Assembly: GCA_051117555.1 (NCBI GenBank)
Contig: JBNPEG010000132.1
Coordinates: forward strand, 1,007 to 65,006
Direction: 5' to 3'
DNA: 64,000 bases
From: Elainellaceae cyanobacterium
GTDB taxonomy: Bacteria; Cyanobacteriota; Cyanobacteriia; CAZCXK01
Positions 20,272 through 31,725 of this stretch are shown here, one piece after another (the stretch's first letter is position 1; every line of letters begins with the position of its first letter). The notes under the pieces are model-generated. The model was given only the letters and a program-made list of their open reading frames with translations, searched no databases and had not been told where the DNA came from. The position numbers were made by a program, and so were the translations under genes.

Positions 20272-23157
20272 GTGACAACAGAACCTGGAACGTACAAGAA
20301 CACCGTAAATTTGCCCAAGACTTCGTTTGAGATGCGAGCCAATGCAGTCAAGCGAGAACCGGAATTGCAACAATTCTGGAAAGATCACGCGATTTACGAA
20401 AACCTGTCACAAAATAATCCGGGGGAGCCCTTCATTTTGCATGATGGGCCTCCCTATGCGAACGGCTCGCTTCACATGGGGCATGCTCTCAACAAAATTT
20501 TGAAAGACACGATTAATAAGTATCAGCTTTTGCGTGGGCGAAAGGTTCGCTACGTGCCCGGTTGGGACTGTCACGGTCTTCCAATCGAGCTAAAAGTGCT
20601 CCAAGAGATGAAGCCTGATGAACGCAAGCATTTGACTTCATTAGAACTTCGTCAAAGAGCGAAGGAATGGGCACTTCAGCAGGTAGATGCCCAGCGCAAA
20701 GGCTTCATGCGCTATGGAGTCTGGGGAAACTGGGATCACCCCTACCTGACCCTCACGCCTGACTACGAGGCAGCTCAGATTGGAGTGTTTGGGCAGATGG
20801 TGCTGAAGGGCTATGTCTATCGGGGGCTAAAGTCTGTGCACTGGAGTCCTAGCTCACGTACTGCCCTTGCAGAAGCAGAGTTGGAATATCCAGACGGGCA
20901 CACGTCTCGCAGTATCTATGTGGCGTTTCCGATGGTTAGCCTTGCTGATGCAGCGTCAGCATTATCTCCGTATTTAGCGGATCTAGGCGTCGCGATTTGG
21001 ACAACGACTCCATGGACGATTCCGGCGAACTTAGCAGTCGCCGTTAATCCAGATCTGACGTATGCCGTTGTTGAGGCAACGGGTGGGCGATCGCTCGGAA
21101 AGTTTCGCTATCTACTAGTCGCAAAAGACTTGGTCGAACGGTTATCCACTGTGTTTGGAGCATCATTAACCGTAAAGACAGAAATAGTCGGCAAGAAACT
21201 GGAATATTCGACCTATCGTCATCCCCTATTTGATCGCGAAAGCCCTGTTGTGATTGGTGGAGATTATGTCACAACCGAGTCTGGAACCGGCTTGGTCCAT
21301 ACGGCGCCAGGCCACGGAGAAGACGACTTTCGAGTGGGGCAACGCTATGACCTCCCCGTGCTTTGTCCGGTCGATGAGGCCGGGAATTTTACCCACGAAG
21401 CAGGACCGTTTGACGGATTAAACGTCTTAAAGGATGCGAACCCTGCCGTCATCAAAGCGCTTGCCGAAGCCGGAACACTGCTCAAAGAAGAGGATTACGT
21501 TCACCGCTATCCCTATGACTGGCGCACCAAAAAACCGACGATTTATCGAGCAACCGAACAGTGGTTTGCATCGGTAGACGGGTTTCGTGAGGCTGCACTC
21601 AGCGCGATCGCAGATGTCCGATGGATTCCGAGTCAAGGCGAAAACCGGATTACGTCGATGGTCAATGAGCGATCAGATTGGTGCATTTCGCGTCAACGCA
21701 ATTGGGGAGTTCCCATTCCGGCCTTCTATGACGACGAAACCGGGGAGCCTTTGCTCAACGAAGAAACCATTGCCCATGTCCAAGCGGTTTTTGCAGAGAA
21801 AGGATCGGATGCTTGGTGGGAAATGCCTGTCGAAGAGTTGCTGCCCGAGCGGTATCGCAACAACGGCCATACATATCGAAAAGGCGCAGACACGATGGAT
21901 GTCTGGTTTGATTCGGGGTCGTCTTGGGCTGCGGTAGCGCAGCAGCGCGAGGAATTGAGATACCCAGTTGATATGTATTTAGAAGGCTCGGATCAGCATC
22001 GAGGCTGGTTTCAGTCGAGTTTGTTGACCAGCGTCGCCACCCACGGCATTGCTCCCTATAAGACCGTCTTAACCCACGGCTTTGCGCTTGATGAACAGGG
22101 TCGCAAAATGAGCAAGTCGTTGGGTAATATTGTCGACCCGGCGATTGTGATTGAGGGCGGGAAGAATCAAAAGCAGGAACCTCCATATGGTGCAGATGTG
22201 TTGCGCTTATGGGTATCGTCGGTGGATTATTCATCAGATGTGCCAATTGGGAAGAGCATTCTCAAGCAGATGGCAGATGTCTATCGAAAAATCCGCAATA
22301 CGGCTCGGTTCTTGTTGGGCAATTTGCATGACTTTAATCCAGCCAAGGATGCTGTTGCGTATGATCAGCTTCCCGCCCTCGATCGATATGTGCTACACCG
22401 CATCACAGAAGTGTTCGCAGAAGTTGCAGACGCCTTTGAGACGTATCAGTTTTTCCGGTTCTTTCAAACTGTTCAAAATTTCTGCGTCGTTGATTTGTCA
22501 AACTTTTATCTCGACATTGCCAAGGATCGACTCTATATCAGTTCTGCGAATTCGCCTCGACGACGGAGTTGTCAGACAGTGTTGGCGATCGCCATCGAAA
22601 ACCTAGCTCAGGCGATCGCCCCCGTGCTTTGCCACATGGCGGAAGACATCTGGCAGCATATTCCCTATCCCACGCCCTGCACGTCAGTATTCGAATCAGG
22701 ATGGGTCAAGCTTGAGACGCAGTGGCAGCAACCTGAGCTGGCTCAGTCGTGGCGTGATATTCGCAAAATCCGAGCTGAAGTCAACAAGGTGCTAGAGAAG
22801 GCGCGCGCCGAGAAGGCAATCGGTTCTTCATCAGAAGCCAAAATCTTACTCTATGTGCCTGATATAGAGCTTCGCCAGCAGCTTCAGGCAATGAACCCCG
22901 ATGATAGTCTGAGCGGCAATCACGTAGACGAATTGCGCTACTTTTTCCTGGTTTCGCAGGTTGAATTGCTAGCCGTTCCCACCAATCTTGCCGACCTAAA
23001 ATATAGCTCTCAATCAGACGAGCTGGGTATTGGGGTCGTGGATGCCGATGGGCAAAAGTGCGATCGCTGCTGGAATCTATCTGTCCATGTAGGACAGGCT
23101 AAAGAGCATCCGCTCCTCTGTGAGCGCTGTGTACCCGCTCTATCCGATCAGTTTTGA
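20272..23157 (+). CDS. ileS: Isoleucine--tRNA ligase
   Basis: HDGPPYANG, HMGH, WTTTPWT, KMSKS, C-terminal CDRC..CERC. Confidence 0.98.
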   Translation: MTTEPGTYKNTVNLPKTSFEMRANAVKREPELQQFWKDHAIYENLSQNNPGEPFILHDGPPYANGSLHMGHALNKILKDTINKYQLLRGRKVRYVPGWDCHGLPIELKVLQEMKPDERKHLTSLELRQRAKEWALQQVDAQRKGFMRYGVWGNWDHPYLTLTPDYEAAQIGVFGQMVLKGYVYRGLKSVHWSPSSRTALAEAELEYPDGHTSRSIYVAFPMVSLADAASALSPYLADLGVAIWTTTPWTIPANLAVAVNPDLTYAVVEATGGRSLGKFRYLLVAKDLVERLSTVFGASLTVKTEIVGKKLEYSTYRHPLFDRESPVVIGGDYVTTESGTGLVHTAPGHGEDDFRVGQRYDLPVLCPVDEAGNFTHEAGPFDGLNVLKDANPAVIKALAEAGTLLKEEDYVHRYPYDWRTKKPTIYRATEQWFASVDGFREAALSAIADVRWIPSQGENRITSMVNERSDWCISRQRNWGVPIPAFYDDETGEPLLNEETIAHVQAVFAEKGSDAWWEMPVEELLPERYRNNGHTYRKGADTMDVWFDSGSSWAAVAQQREELRYPVDMYLEGSDQHRGWFQSSLLTSVATHGIAPYKTVLTHGFALDEQGRKMSKSLGNIVDPAIVIEGGKNQKQEPPYGADVLRLWVSSVDYSSDVPIGKSILKQMADVYRKIRNTARFLLGNLHDFNPAKDAVAYDQLPALDRYVLHRITEVFAEVADAFETYQFFRFFQTVQNFCVVDLSNFYLDIAKDRLYISSANSPRRRSCQTVLAIAIENLAQAIAPVLCHMAEDIWQHIPYPTPCTSVFESGWVKLETQWQQPELAQSWRDIRKIRAEVNKVLEKARAEKAIGSSSEAKILLYVPDIELRQQLQAMNPDDSLSGNHVDELRYFFLVSQVELLAVPTNLADLKYSSQSDELGIGVVDADGQKCDRCWNLSVHVGQAKEHPLLCERCVPALSDQF

Positions 23158-23238
23158 CATAATCGGATAATCACCGCACTGCATAGACGTGATGCATCTG
23201 GTTTGCGCCTGAATGCCGATGGTCTAGTGCAGGGATAA

Positions 23239-23338
23239 TACCAATTCTTCAAGTAAGGCTACAAATGAACAGGCCAGCCCCCTTGCAAGGCTGCTGGCCG
23301 TCAATCCAAAATCGCAAATCCAAAATCGAGAATTGGTA
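23239..23338. mobile_element. 100-bp MITE, copy 1
   Basis: TIR TACCAATTCT/AGAATTGGTA, TAA on both flanks; homologous to 39886-39986. Confidence 0.8.
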
Positions 23339-23966
23339 TAAGGCGGCTATACGACATGCTAGAGGTTAGCTGCGGGAGGTTAGCTGCAGGTTATATTGCA
23401 GCTAACGAAATCTTTCTAAAAATGTTACTCTCTTAATCAAGAAAATAATGTGCGTCCTTGGAAAAGGTTGCAGAGTTGTGAGGAGCACTGCAAACAATTT
23501 TCTATACGGTCATTCCCTGTATATGTTGATCCTGGACTAATCCTCGCTCCCATTTAAACCCTTGGCTCTTCTCGGAAAAGTTTTAGTTTTCAAGCTGGAC
23601 GTGGTTGAGCACGTTGCGTTGATGGTGTGTTTTCGATCTGTTTTCGACGTGGCTTTCAATCACCATTCTTGCTTAGTCTCTCATGGAGCCTCCCTAGAGA
23701 AACGCTCAATTGGTTAGTTTTTTAACTAGACGGTTAAGCGATTTGTATTGCAATGAGTGATTGAACAAAGTCAATACTGAAGCGATACGAATGCGATTAT
23801 ACGTCGCAAATATTCGTGACTTTTGAGATACCTGCATGATGTGCGATCGCACGTAGGCAATTTTGCATTCCAGGGTGCCCAATAGGGTACCAACAGCCAA
23901 GATTTTTTCAGGCATGCTGAAATGATCCCATCTATTTCAAGCGTTTCCCAAAGCACGATCTGAATT

Positions 23967-25553
23967 ATGGCGAACCCAAACGACATCGCAAAGCTCCAAG
24001 AATGGCTTCAAGGTTTGAGTACCGATTCTGATTTTAGTGGTGCAAACTTGAGCGGCATTCAATTAATCGATGTCAATGTTAGGGATATTGATTTCAACGG
24101 CGCCAATCTTAATCACGCTGTTTTGAGGGGAGCTATCTTAACTCAGGCAAATCTAAGTGGTGCCAATCTTAGCGATGCCGATTTAACCTCTGCTAATCTT
24201 GCACGAACCAACTTGTGTGGCGCCAATCTTTGGGGCGCTCGATTAGACTACGCCAACCTGAATAACGCTCAGCTCAAAGATGTCAATATGAGCGGTGCGA
24301 CCCTAGTCGGAGCCTATCTCAATGGAGCAGAATTGAGTGGCTCAAGGCTCAGTGACGCCAAGCTTGGACGGGTCAATTTATGTAATGCCGAACTCCATCG
24401 GGCAAATTTGATTCATGCTCGAATGCAGGATGCTGATATGCGTAACGCGGATCTCAGCAATGCAGTGCTCAGCAATGCCGATTTAAGAGGGGCTGAACTC
24501 ACCCACGCGAACCTCAATGGAACAGTCTTGCAGCGATCGCAACTGGGATCAGCCCGCTTGGACCACGCCAAATTGCGCGGAGTTGACTTACGATGTGCCG
24601 ATTTATCTCAAGCAGATCTGCGTAATGCCGATTTGAGCGGTGCCGATTTGAGTGGGTCTCGTCTCAACGGGGCAAATTTATCCAGGGCTCGCCTCCGTCG
24701 TGCCAATCTAACTGCAACTGACTTAACCGCTGCCAACTTAAGCAATGCTCATTTAGGTAGCGCCGATTTGAGCGGATCAATTTTAACGGGAGCCATATTA
24801 GTCAACGCCTACCTAGGCAGCGTGAATCTACGACGATCTGACTTGCGCGATGCTGATTTGACAGAGTCAGATCTCAACTGCGCTAAGTTGACCTTAGCTG
24901 ACCTGCGACATGCTGTCCTAAGAGGCGTTCGGCTCATGCACGCCAATTTGAGTGATGCGAATTTGCGCCACGCTGATTTACGTGATGCCGATTTGCGCCG
25001 GGCGTATCTGGCAAACGCCGATTTGCGAGGAGTCAACCTGAGAGGAGTTCGCTTACTCCATGCCAGTTTACTGAGAACTCGGCTGAGCGACGTCGATTTT
25101 AGCCATGCTGATTATAGCTACGCCGATTTTAGTTATGCAGATGTAGATCAGGCACTAGAATCGCGATTTCAAACCGTTAGTCGGCAACTTGAGGGGTTTG
25201 CAGGTGATCTGGAGAGCCGATTGCTCGACATCGAAGAACTCATCCGTAAACTAGAAGAAGTCATTCACGTCATTCGGATTGACCTAGAAGAAATTGAAGG
25301 TAGCCAGCGATCGCCCATTTCGACTCAAACGGTCCAGCATTATCAAAGATTTGTTACGATCATAGATGAGCATTGTGTGAGTCTTCGGCAGCGAGTCGAT
25401 GAATATGGGCATACTCAGCGTCACGTAGAATGGACGTTAGAAGACATCAGCGACACTTACGACAACCTTCACCAAGAAATTAAAACCTTAGGATTTTATA
25501 TCAATTGGTGTGAACAGCTCTGGGTGACCTTGTCAGCACATCATTCTATGTGA
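23967..25553 (+). CDS. Long pentapeptide-repeat protein with C-terminal helical domain
   Basis: About 370 aa of A(N/D)Lxx repeats followed by about 130 aa of amphipathic helices. Confidence 0.9.
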   Translation: MANPNDIAKLQEWLQGLSTDSDFSGANLSGIQLIDVNVRDIDFNGANLNHAVLRGAILTQANLSGANLSDADLTSANLARTNLCGANLWGARLDYANLNNAQLKDVNMSGATLVGAYLNGAELSGSRLSDAKLGRVNLCNAELHRANLIHARMQDADMRNADLSNAVLSNADLRGAELTHANLNGTVLQRSQLGSARLDHAKLRGVDLRCADLSQADLRNADLSGADLSGSRLNGANLSRARLRRANLTATDLTAANLSNAHLGSADLSGSILTGAILVNAYLGSVNLRRSDLRDADLTESDLNCAKLTLADLRHAVLRGVRLMHANLSDANLRHADLRDADLRRAYLANADLRGVNLRGVRLLHASLLRTRLSDVDFSHADYSYADFSYADVDQALESRFQTVSRQLEGFAGDLESRLLDIEELIRKLEEVIHVIRIDLEEIEGSQRSPISTQTVQHYQRFVTIIDEHCVSLRQRVDEYGHTQRHVEWTLEDISDTYDNLHQEIKTLGFYINWCEQLWVTLSAHHSM

Positions 25554-25650
25554 GAATTGCTGAGTTAATTTGCGCCATCTCGGAAGCGAAGCTGCTAAGA
25601 TAGTGTACTAATAATGTACTTTTGTGACGTTGCGCTTGGTGACCGTTTCT

Positions 25651-25977
25651 ATGAAGAAGGTACTTCTAGCAGCCCCCTCGATAGCGACGGCTGCTCCTAC
25701 CGTAGCTCCTGGGCGATCAAGCCAAGTCACTCCTAAGCTTTATCCAAACTATAAGGTCATCGTATTGAACGACGACTTTAACACGTTTCAGCATGTTGCC
25801 GAGTGTCTGATGAAATATATTCCTGGGATGACGGGCGATCGCGCTTGGGAATTAACCCACCGAGTTCATAATGAAGGGCAAGCAACGGTTTGGGTGGGGC
25901 CTCAAGAACAAGCCGAATTTTATCATTTGCAACTGAGCCGCGCAGGGTTAACGATGGCTCCGCTTGAAGCTGCTTAG
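25651..25977 (+). CDS. clpS: Clp protease adaptor ClpS
   Basis: YKVIVLNDDFNTF, VHNEGQA; start uncertain. Confidence 0.9.
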   Translation: MKKVLLAAPSIATAAPTVAPGRSSQVTPKLYPNYKVIVLNDDFNTFQHVAECLMKYIPGMTGDRAWELTHRVHNEGQATVWVGPQEQAEFYHLQLSRAGLTMAPLEAA

Positions 25978-26076
25978 TCGGGTCAGATCCATTCTGCCGA
26001 CGTGAGTTCATCGCTGCTTCCCACCCATCACAGCGGTCAGTGCCAGTTTAGACGTTGACAAAATGGGGGCGACAGG

Positions 26077-26370
26077 ATGGGACGGTCAAATAAGGGGCGA
26101 CTCGTTTGGAATCATTCAACCCATATCCCTGGGCTAATTCCAGTTCTTGAGCAGTTGAGTCAGTGCTCTGGCGTAGGAACGGTAACCCCCGCCGTGATCA
26201 AACGCGTTAAATCTCACTCCCCCCACCTTAAACTCAAGATCTCAGTTCCCATTCAAGGTGGATTTAAGCTAATTGCACGTAAAGGTAAAACCGTCCAAGA
26301 AGTATTTATTTTGACTGAATTGAGTCGAGATCAGCTCACTGAGGCGATCGCTCACTTGCTTGACACCTGA
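26077..26370 (+). CDS. DUF2103-family protein
   Basis: GRLVWNHSTHIPGL, GFKLIARKGKTVQEVF. Confidence 0.75.
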   Translation: MGRSNKGRLVWNHSTHIPGLIPVLEQLSQCSGVGTVTPAVIKRVKSHSPHLKLKISVPIQGGFKLIARKGKTVQEVFILTELSRDQLTEAIAHLLDT

Positions 26371-27038
26371 AGCAGACGCTCTATCCGGCGAAAGTCTCGC
26401 TCAATTTCGCTCCAAAGAGAGCGATTACTCGGATCAGTCCTCAGAGCTTTTCTTAAATACAGCTGCGCTTTCCTAAACTCCCGCCGATCAATGAGATGCC
26501 GTCCCCATCGTTCGTACGCGATCGCCTGCCATTGCCGGATTTCTGGATCGTTTGGAATTCGCTGAGAAAGACCCTCAACCAAGGTAATTGCTCTTGGAAA
26601 CCGTTTCTCTCGAAGCAGACGCTGAAGCTGTTCGTATGAACTTTGCTTGAGTTTTTTCTCAACCCTTGACAATCGAGAATCAACCTGAGCGGTTGCTGAC
26701 GGATTGACGGACGTGGATGGTGGTTGCCTCGGCGGAGGCTCACGCGGCGGATAGCTAGACGCCGGTGACTGCCGAGTCGGGGTATCTCCATGCGCTTGTT
26801 CGGGCTGATTAGTCAGCGTATGATGTGAAGCACTGCCTAAACTGGGCGATCGCGCCAAACTCATGAGTGTCTTATACGCATCCGTCAGCTGGATAAACTT
26901 TTCTCTTGCTCTATCTTGATTATCAGGGTTGACATCCGGATGATACAAGCGTGCCAAGCGCCGATACGCCGCTTTAATTTCTGAGAACGATGCCCCCGTC
27001 CTCAACTCTAACAGTCGGTAACAATCTGCGAGGCTCAT
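26352..27038 (-). CDS. J-domain protein with C-terminal TPR-like helices
   Basis: AYRRLARLYHPD, KFIQLTDAY. Confidence 0.9.
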   Translation of the reverse strand: MSLADCYRLLELRTGASFSEIKAAYRRLARLYHPDVNPDNQDRAREKFIQLTDAYKTLMSLARSPSLGSASHHTLTNQPEQAHGDTPTRQSPASSYPPREPPPRQPPSTSVNPSATAQVDSRLSRVEKKLKQSSYEQLQRLLREKRFPRAITLVEGLSQRIPNDPEIRQWQAIAYERWGRHLIDRREFRKAQLYLRKALRTDPSNRSLWSEIERDFRRIERLLQVSSK

Positions 27039-27140
27039 TGATAATGAAAAACGGCAGAATTATTCAGAAATTCTGCCATTAACCTGCTACATTTGACACG
27101 TTTTTCCGAAAAGAAGCACAAAACTTAGAGGGTTCGACTC

Positions 27141-27737
27141 TTAAACAGGCTTGTCTTCAATGACTCGATCAATCAAACCATACTCTTTAGCCTCTTCGGC
27201 AGACATGAAAAAGTCTCGATCCATATCTTTTTCAATCTTTTCGATTGTCTGTCCTGTATTTTGAGCATAAATTTCGTTGAGCTGATGGCGCAAACGAATA
27301 ATTTCGCGAGCTTCGATCTCGATATCGGTCGCTTGTCCGCGAGTCCCACCCGACGGCTGGTGAATCATAATCCGCGAGTGGGGCAATGCAAGTCGCTTTC
27401 CTTTCGTGCCTGCTGCTAGCAAAAACGATCCCATTGATGCGGCTAACCCAACGCAAATTGTAACAACGTCAGATTTAATATGCTGCATCGTGTCAAAGAT
27501 TGCCATGCCCGCAGTCACCAAGCCGCCTGGCGAGTTGATATAGAGCACGATGTCTTTACCTGGATCTTCGGAATCCAAATAAAGCATGACTGCAATAATT
27601 TGATTCGCAATTTCATCGTCTACATCTTTACCGAGAAAAATAATTCTTTCTCGATATAGGCGATTGTAGATGTCGATCCACTGTGTATATTGCTCCCCCG
27701 GCATCCGGTAGGGAACCTTTGGAACGCCAATGGGCAT
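27141..27737 (-). CDS. clpP: ATP-dependent Clp protease proteolytic subunit (ClpP3-like)
   Basis: YINSPGG, AASMG, MIHQP, DRDFFM. Confidence 0.95.
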   Translation of the reverse strand: MPIGVPKVPYRMPGEQYTQWIDIYNRLYRERIIFLGKDVDDEIANQIIAVMLYLDSEDPGKDIVLYINSPGGLVTAGMAIFDTMQHIKSDVVTICVGLAASMGSFLLAAGTKGKRLALPHSRIMIHQPSGGTRGQATDIEIEAREIIRLRHQLNEIYAQNTGQTIEKIEKDMDRDFFMSAEEAKEYGLIDRVIEDKPV

Positions 27738-27754
27738 AAAAGACTCCGTTTTAC

Positions 27755-28414
27755 TTAAATAACGCCAGCAGGTTGGGGGTTAGACTTCCCTTCAGAGGCT
27801 TCAAGCACCCGATCAATCAAGCCATATTCTTGAGCAACATCTGGGGTCATGTAGAAAATCCGATCCATATCTTTGACAATCTTTTCGGGAGATTGTCCAG
27901 TATTTCTAGATAGGATATCGATCATCGTCTCTTTATTGGCCAAAACTTCTTTCGCCCGAATTTGAATGTCGGTTGCCTGCCCTCTGGCATAGCTCCTGGG
28001 CTGGTGCAACACGATCGAAGCATGAGGCAAACTTGCTCGACACCCCTTAGTACCAGCGGATAGCAACATTGCTGCCATTCCCATCGCAGAACCAATACAA
28101 ATGGTATGAACAGGAGGTTTTAGATATTGAATCGTATCGCAAATAGCAAACGCTTCCGTTTCAAAACCAACAGGCTCGCCATCGTAGCGAGATGTTCCAG
28201 TGGAATTGATATAAATTTTAATGGGTTTATCAGGGTCTTCGTATTGCAGGTACAACAGCTCAGCGATGATGAGTTCAGTGACCGCAGATACGAGAGGCAT
28301 CCCCAGATAAACAATGCGCTCTTTTAGGAGCAGAGAGGGTAAGTCGGGTGGCGGAGTCCGGTAAAATGCGTCTCCGCGATATGGCGACTGAACAGCCTGA
28401 GTCGGTAACTTCAT
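27755..28414 (-). CDS. clpR: Non-catalytic Clp subunit ClpR
   Basis: [16 protein letters not shown] with insertion, catalytic Ser absent (AMGMAA); immediately upstream of clpP. Confidence 0.88.
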   Translation of the reverse strand: MKLPTQAVQSPYRGDAFYRTPPPDLPSLLLKERIVYLGMPLVSAVTELIIAELLYLQYEDPDKPIKIYINSTGTSRYDGEPVGFETEAFAICDTIQYLKPPVHTICIGSAMGMAAMLLSAGTKGCRASLPHASIVLHQPRSYARGQATDIQIRAKEVLANKETMIDILSRNTGQSPEKIVKDMDRIFYMTPDVAQEYGLIDRVLEASEGKSNPQPAGVI

Positions 28415-28686
28415 AACCTAAAATTGCCTGAAATCATGGCAGTACTTCTAACATAGTAGCGTGCCCCTGAATACAATGGTGGCTTCTCGTATAGCTCATC
28501 TGTCTAAAAACATTAGCAATTTGATTAAAAAGTTTAGAATCATTCGTTATGTCAATCAGTATCAATTCAGCATGCCGTCCAAAATCGAGTGATTATGACG
28601 ACTTGCTAACAAATCTCTGTGAGACGTGAATGGTGGTGTGAAGTATTCATTAGAAATCGATTTCTTGTCTGATGTAGGAGTCTCCT

Positions 28687-29931
28687 ATGATGAGAGTGGG
28701 TCTAGATGCTGCACTTAATGACACTAACTTGGACGCTGCCCAGCCTAGTAGCCAACGACAACTTGCAGTTTCTGCGCTTGCTTCGGCAGACTCAGCTAGT
28801 CGAACGGCTCCAATCAATTTATGCCTAATTCTTGACCATAGCGGTTCGATGAACGGTCGACCGATAGAGACGGTCAAACTGGCCGCGCTCCGACTCATTG
28901 ACAATCTCTCAGCAGGCGATCGCATCTCGGTTGTAGCGTTTGACCACAAAGCCAAGGTTTTAGTACCGAATCAACTCGTAGGGGATGCGGATGATATTAA
29001 AGCCGCTATCCAGACACTTAATGCAAATGGCGGCACCTCGATTGACGAAGGGATGCGTCTAGGTATCGAAGAATTGGCGCGGGGAAAACAAGAAACAATT
29101 TCTCAAGCCTTTTTGCTGACAGATGGCGAAAATGAACACGGGGATAACGGACGCTGTTTGAAACTTGCAGAACTCGCCGCTAGCTATAATCTGACCCTAA
29201 ACACGCTAGGATTTGGCGACCACTGGAATCAAGACATTCTGGAGAGAATCGCTGATGCGGGTGGGGGAGCATTATCTTACATTCAAAAATCAGAAGACGC
29301 AGTCAGCGTATTTGCTCGCCTATTTGCCCGGATTCAGTCCATCGGTTTGACCAATGCTTATTTAATGATCTCGCTTGCCCCCCAGGTGCGGCTTGCAGAC
29401 TTGAAGCCGATCGCTCAGGTTGTGCCTGATACAATTGAGCTCTCCATCATGCAAGAAGCAGGACAATACATTGTGCGTCTGGGAGATTTGATGGTTGACG
29501 CACCTCGCGTGGTATTAGCAAATATCTATGTAGGGCAACTGCCAGAGGGTAAACAGCCGATTGCTCAGCTTCAGATTCGTTACGACAATCCAGCATCAAA
29601 TGAAGAAGATTTACTGTCTGATCCCGTTTCGGTTGATGCCACTGTTCTTCAAGCGTTTCGCCCCAACGCGGATACAACAGTGCAGCAGCATGTGCTGACG
29701 CTAGCGAAGTATCGTCAAACTCAGATTGCAGAAGCAAAATTGCAGCAGGGCGATCGCCAGGGTGCAGCAACGATGCTTCAATCGGCAGCCAATACCGCAT
29801 TTCAAATGGGGGATCAAAATGCGGCGACTGTGCTACAGACCACGGCAACTCGTCTACAGGCAGGAGAAGACTTAAGCGAAGGCGATCGCAAGAAGACTCG
29901 CATCGTCTCAAAAACAATACTCCAAGAATAG
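28687..29931 (+). CDS. VWA-domain protein
   Basis: MIDAS LDHSGSM, GGT, LLTDGE. Confidence 0.88.
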   Translation: MMRVGLDAALNDTNLDAAQPSSQRQLAVSALASADSASRTAPINLCLILDHSGSMNGRPIETVKLAALRLIDNLSAGDRISVVAFDHKAKVLVPNQLVGDADDIKAAIQTLNANGGTSIDEGMRLGIEELARGKQETISQAFLLTDGENEHGDNGRCLKLAELAASYNLTLNTLGFGDHWNQDILERIADAGGGALSYIQKSEDAVSVFARLFARIQSIGLTNAYLMISLAPQVRLADLKPIAQVVPDTIELSIMQEAGQYIVRLGDLMVDAPRVVLANIYVGQLPEGKQPIAQLQIRYDNPASNEEDLLSDPVSVDATVLQAFRPNADTTVQQHVLTLAKYRQTQIAEAKLQQGDRQGAATMLQSAANTAFQMGDQNAATVLQTTATRLQAGEDLSEGDRKKTRIVSKTILQE

Positions 29932-29994
29932 CGATCGCCTGGATTCACTCAAAAGCTGATAGCCTAAATCCAGATAAAGATTCTAGACACTCGT

Positions 29995-31725
29995 TTGAAA
30001 CCATACCGATCTAGCTATAGGCATCTCATTCCCTATCTACGCCCCCACTGGCGAACCATTGCCAAAGCGCTCGCCTGTACCCTGCTCTTCACGGCCTTCT
30101 GGCCCTTCCTGGCATGGCTAGCGGGAGAAATGCTCGGAGCAGTCGCCCAAGGAAATCTGCTGGTACTGGCTCGCCTCGCCGGAATTACCGCCCTATTATT
30201 CTTAGTTCAAAAAATTGCCCAATATGGTCAAGACGCGTGGATGGCGCGAGCCGCTCTCGATGCAGCGTTTGACTTACGAAACCAGACGTATGCCCACTTG
30301 CAAACCCTCAGCCTCAGCTATTTCGAACGGGCAAAAACAGGTGATTTAACCTATCGCCTGACTGAAGACATCGATCGAATTGGCGAGGTCGTTAATAAAG
30401 TATTTCACGATTTCACACCCTGCATCTTGCAGCTCATCGTGGTGTTGGGCTACATGATTTATCTAAACTGGACGCTAACGCTTGCCACCCTCGTTATTGC
30501 CCCTCTGCTAGCTATTCTCATTAGTTGGTTTGGCGAGCGACTGCTCGTCTTTTCTCATCGTAGCCAGAGCCGAATTTCTGACTTATCGTCCTTGCTGACA
30601 GAAGTGCTGAGTGGAATTCGTCTGGTTCAAGCGTTTTCAGCCGAAGACTATGAAATGCGGCGATTTAGTCGAGAAGCAGAGCGCAATCGCCAAGCAAAAT
30701 ACCTGGCAGCGTGGTTGCGAGCGATTCAGTTTCCTGTCATCGGATTCCTGTATGCCGTTAGCATCCTAATTTTGCTGCTGCTAGGAGGATGGCAAATCTC
30801 AGCAGACAATCTGACGGGCGAAGAGTTTGGTAGCTATGTCGCCGCGGTGCTGCTGCTGATCGACCCGATTGCTCACATCACCGAAAACTACAACGAATTC
30901 AAGCAGGGTGAGGCATCTGTCGATCGCATCTTTGAGCTATTGGCGATTCAACCTGCGGTTCAAGAAGTGCCCAACGCGTCTATCTTACCTAGGGTCACTG
31001 GAAAGGTTGAATATCAAAATGTTAGCTTCAGCTATACGTCCGATCAGCGAGTGCTGCGAAATCTCAATCTTCTGGTTTTTCCCGGAGAGGCGATCGCCCT
31101 CGTTGGAGCCTCTGGCGCTGGCAAAACCACGCTTGTAAATCTGCTGCCCCGCTTCTACGATTTACAAGACGGGAAAATTCTCATTGACGGCATCGACATT
31201 CGCGAGGTGACGCTTCGGAGTCTCAGGCAACAAATTGGCATCGTGCCTCAAGAGACGGTGCTTTTTTCAGGAACCATTGCTCAAAATATCGCCTTTGGCC
31301 GCTCTCAGTATGATTTGGGAGCAGTGCAATCGGCGGCCAAGATTGCGAATGCCCATCAATTTATCACCCAATTTCCGGACGGATATCAAACCTGGGTGGG
31401 CGAACGGGGCATTAATCTCTCGGGCGGACAGCGCCAACGCTTGGCGATCGCCCGTGCCGTTTTGCTCGACCCTAGAATTCTCATCCTCGACGAAGCAACA
31501 TCAGCGTTGGATTCTGAATCAGAAGCACTCGTTCAAGACGCATTAGAGCGGATCATGCGCGATCGCACCGTATTTATCATTGCTCATCGCCTGGCAACTG
31601 TTCGAGGCGCGAATCGAATTCTCGTGCTTGAAGACGGGCACGTCGCGGAATCTGGCTCTCACGACGACTTAATTCAACAGGGGGGGCGATACGCAAAATT
31701 TTATGCCCGACAGTTCAATATCTGA
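29995..31725 (+). CDS. ABC exporter, fused permease/ATPase (MsbA-like)
   Basis: TM domain, GASGAGKT, LSGGQRQR, ILDEATS, IAHRL. Confidence 0.93.
   Translation: MKPYRSSYRHLIPYLRPHWRTIAKALACTLLFTAFWPFLAWLAGEMLGAVAQGNLLVLARLAGITALLFLVQKIAQYGQDAWMARAALDAAFDLRNQTYAHLQTLSLSYFERAKTGDLTYRLTEDIDRIGEVVNKVFHDFTPCILQLIVVLGYMIYLNWTLTLATLVIAPLLAILISWFGERLLVFSHRSQSRISDLSSLLTEVLSGIRLVQAFSAEDYEMRRFSREAERNRQAKYLAAWLRAIQFPVIGFLYAVSILILLLLGGWQISADNLTGEEFGSYVAAVLLLIDPIAHITENYNEFKQGEASVDRIFELLAIQPAVQEVPNASILPRVTGKVEYQNVSFSYTSDQRVLRNLNLLVFPGEAIALVGASGAGKTTLVNLLPRFYDLQDGKILIDGIDIREVTLRSLRQQIGIVPQETVLFSGTIAQNIAFGRSQYDLGAVQSAAKIANAHQFITQFPDGYQTWVGERGINLSGGQRQRLAIARAVLLDPRILILDEATSALDSESEALVQDALERIMRDRTVFIIAHRLATVRGANRILVLEDGHVAESGSHDDLIQQGGRYAKFYARQFNI

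Noticed and set aside
27755..28414. clpP pseudogene lacking the catalytic Ser
   Set aside because: This is the normal non-catalytic ClpR subunit.
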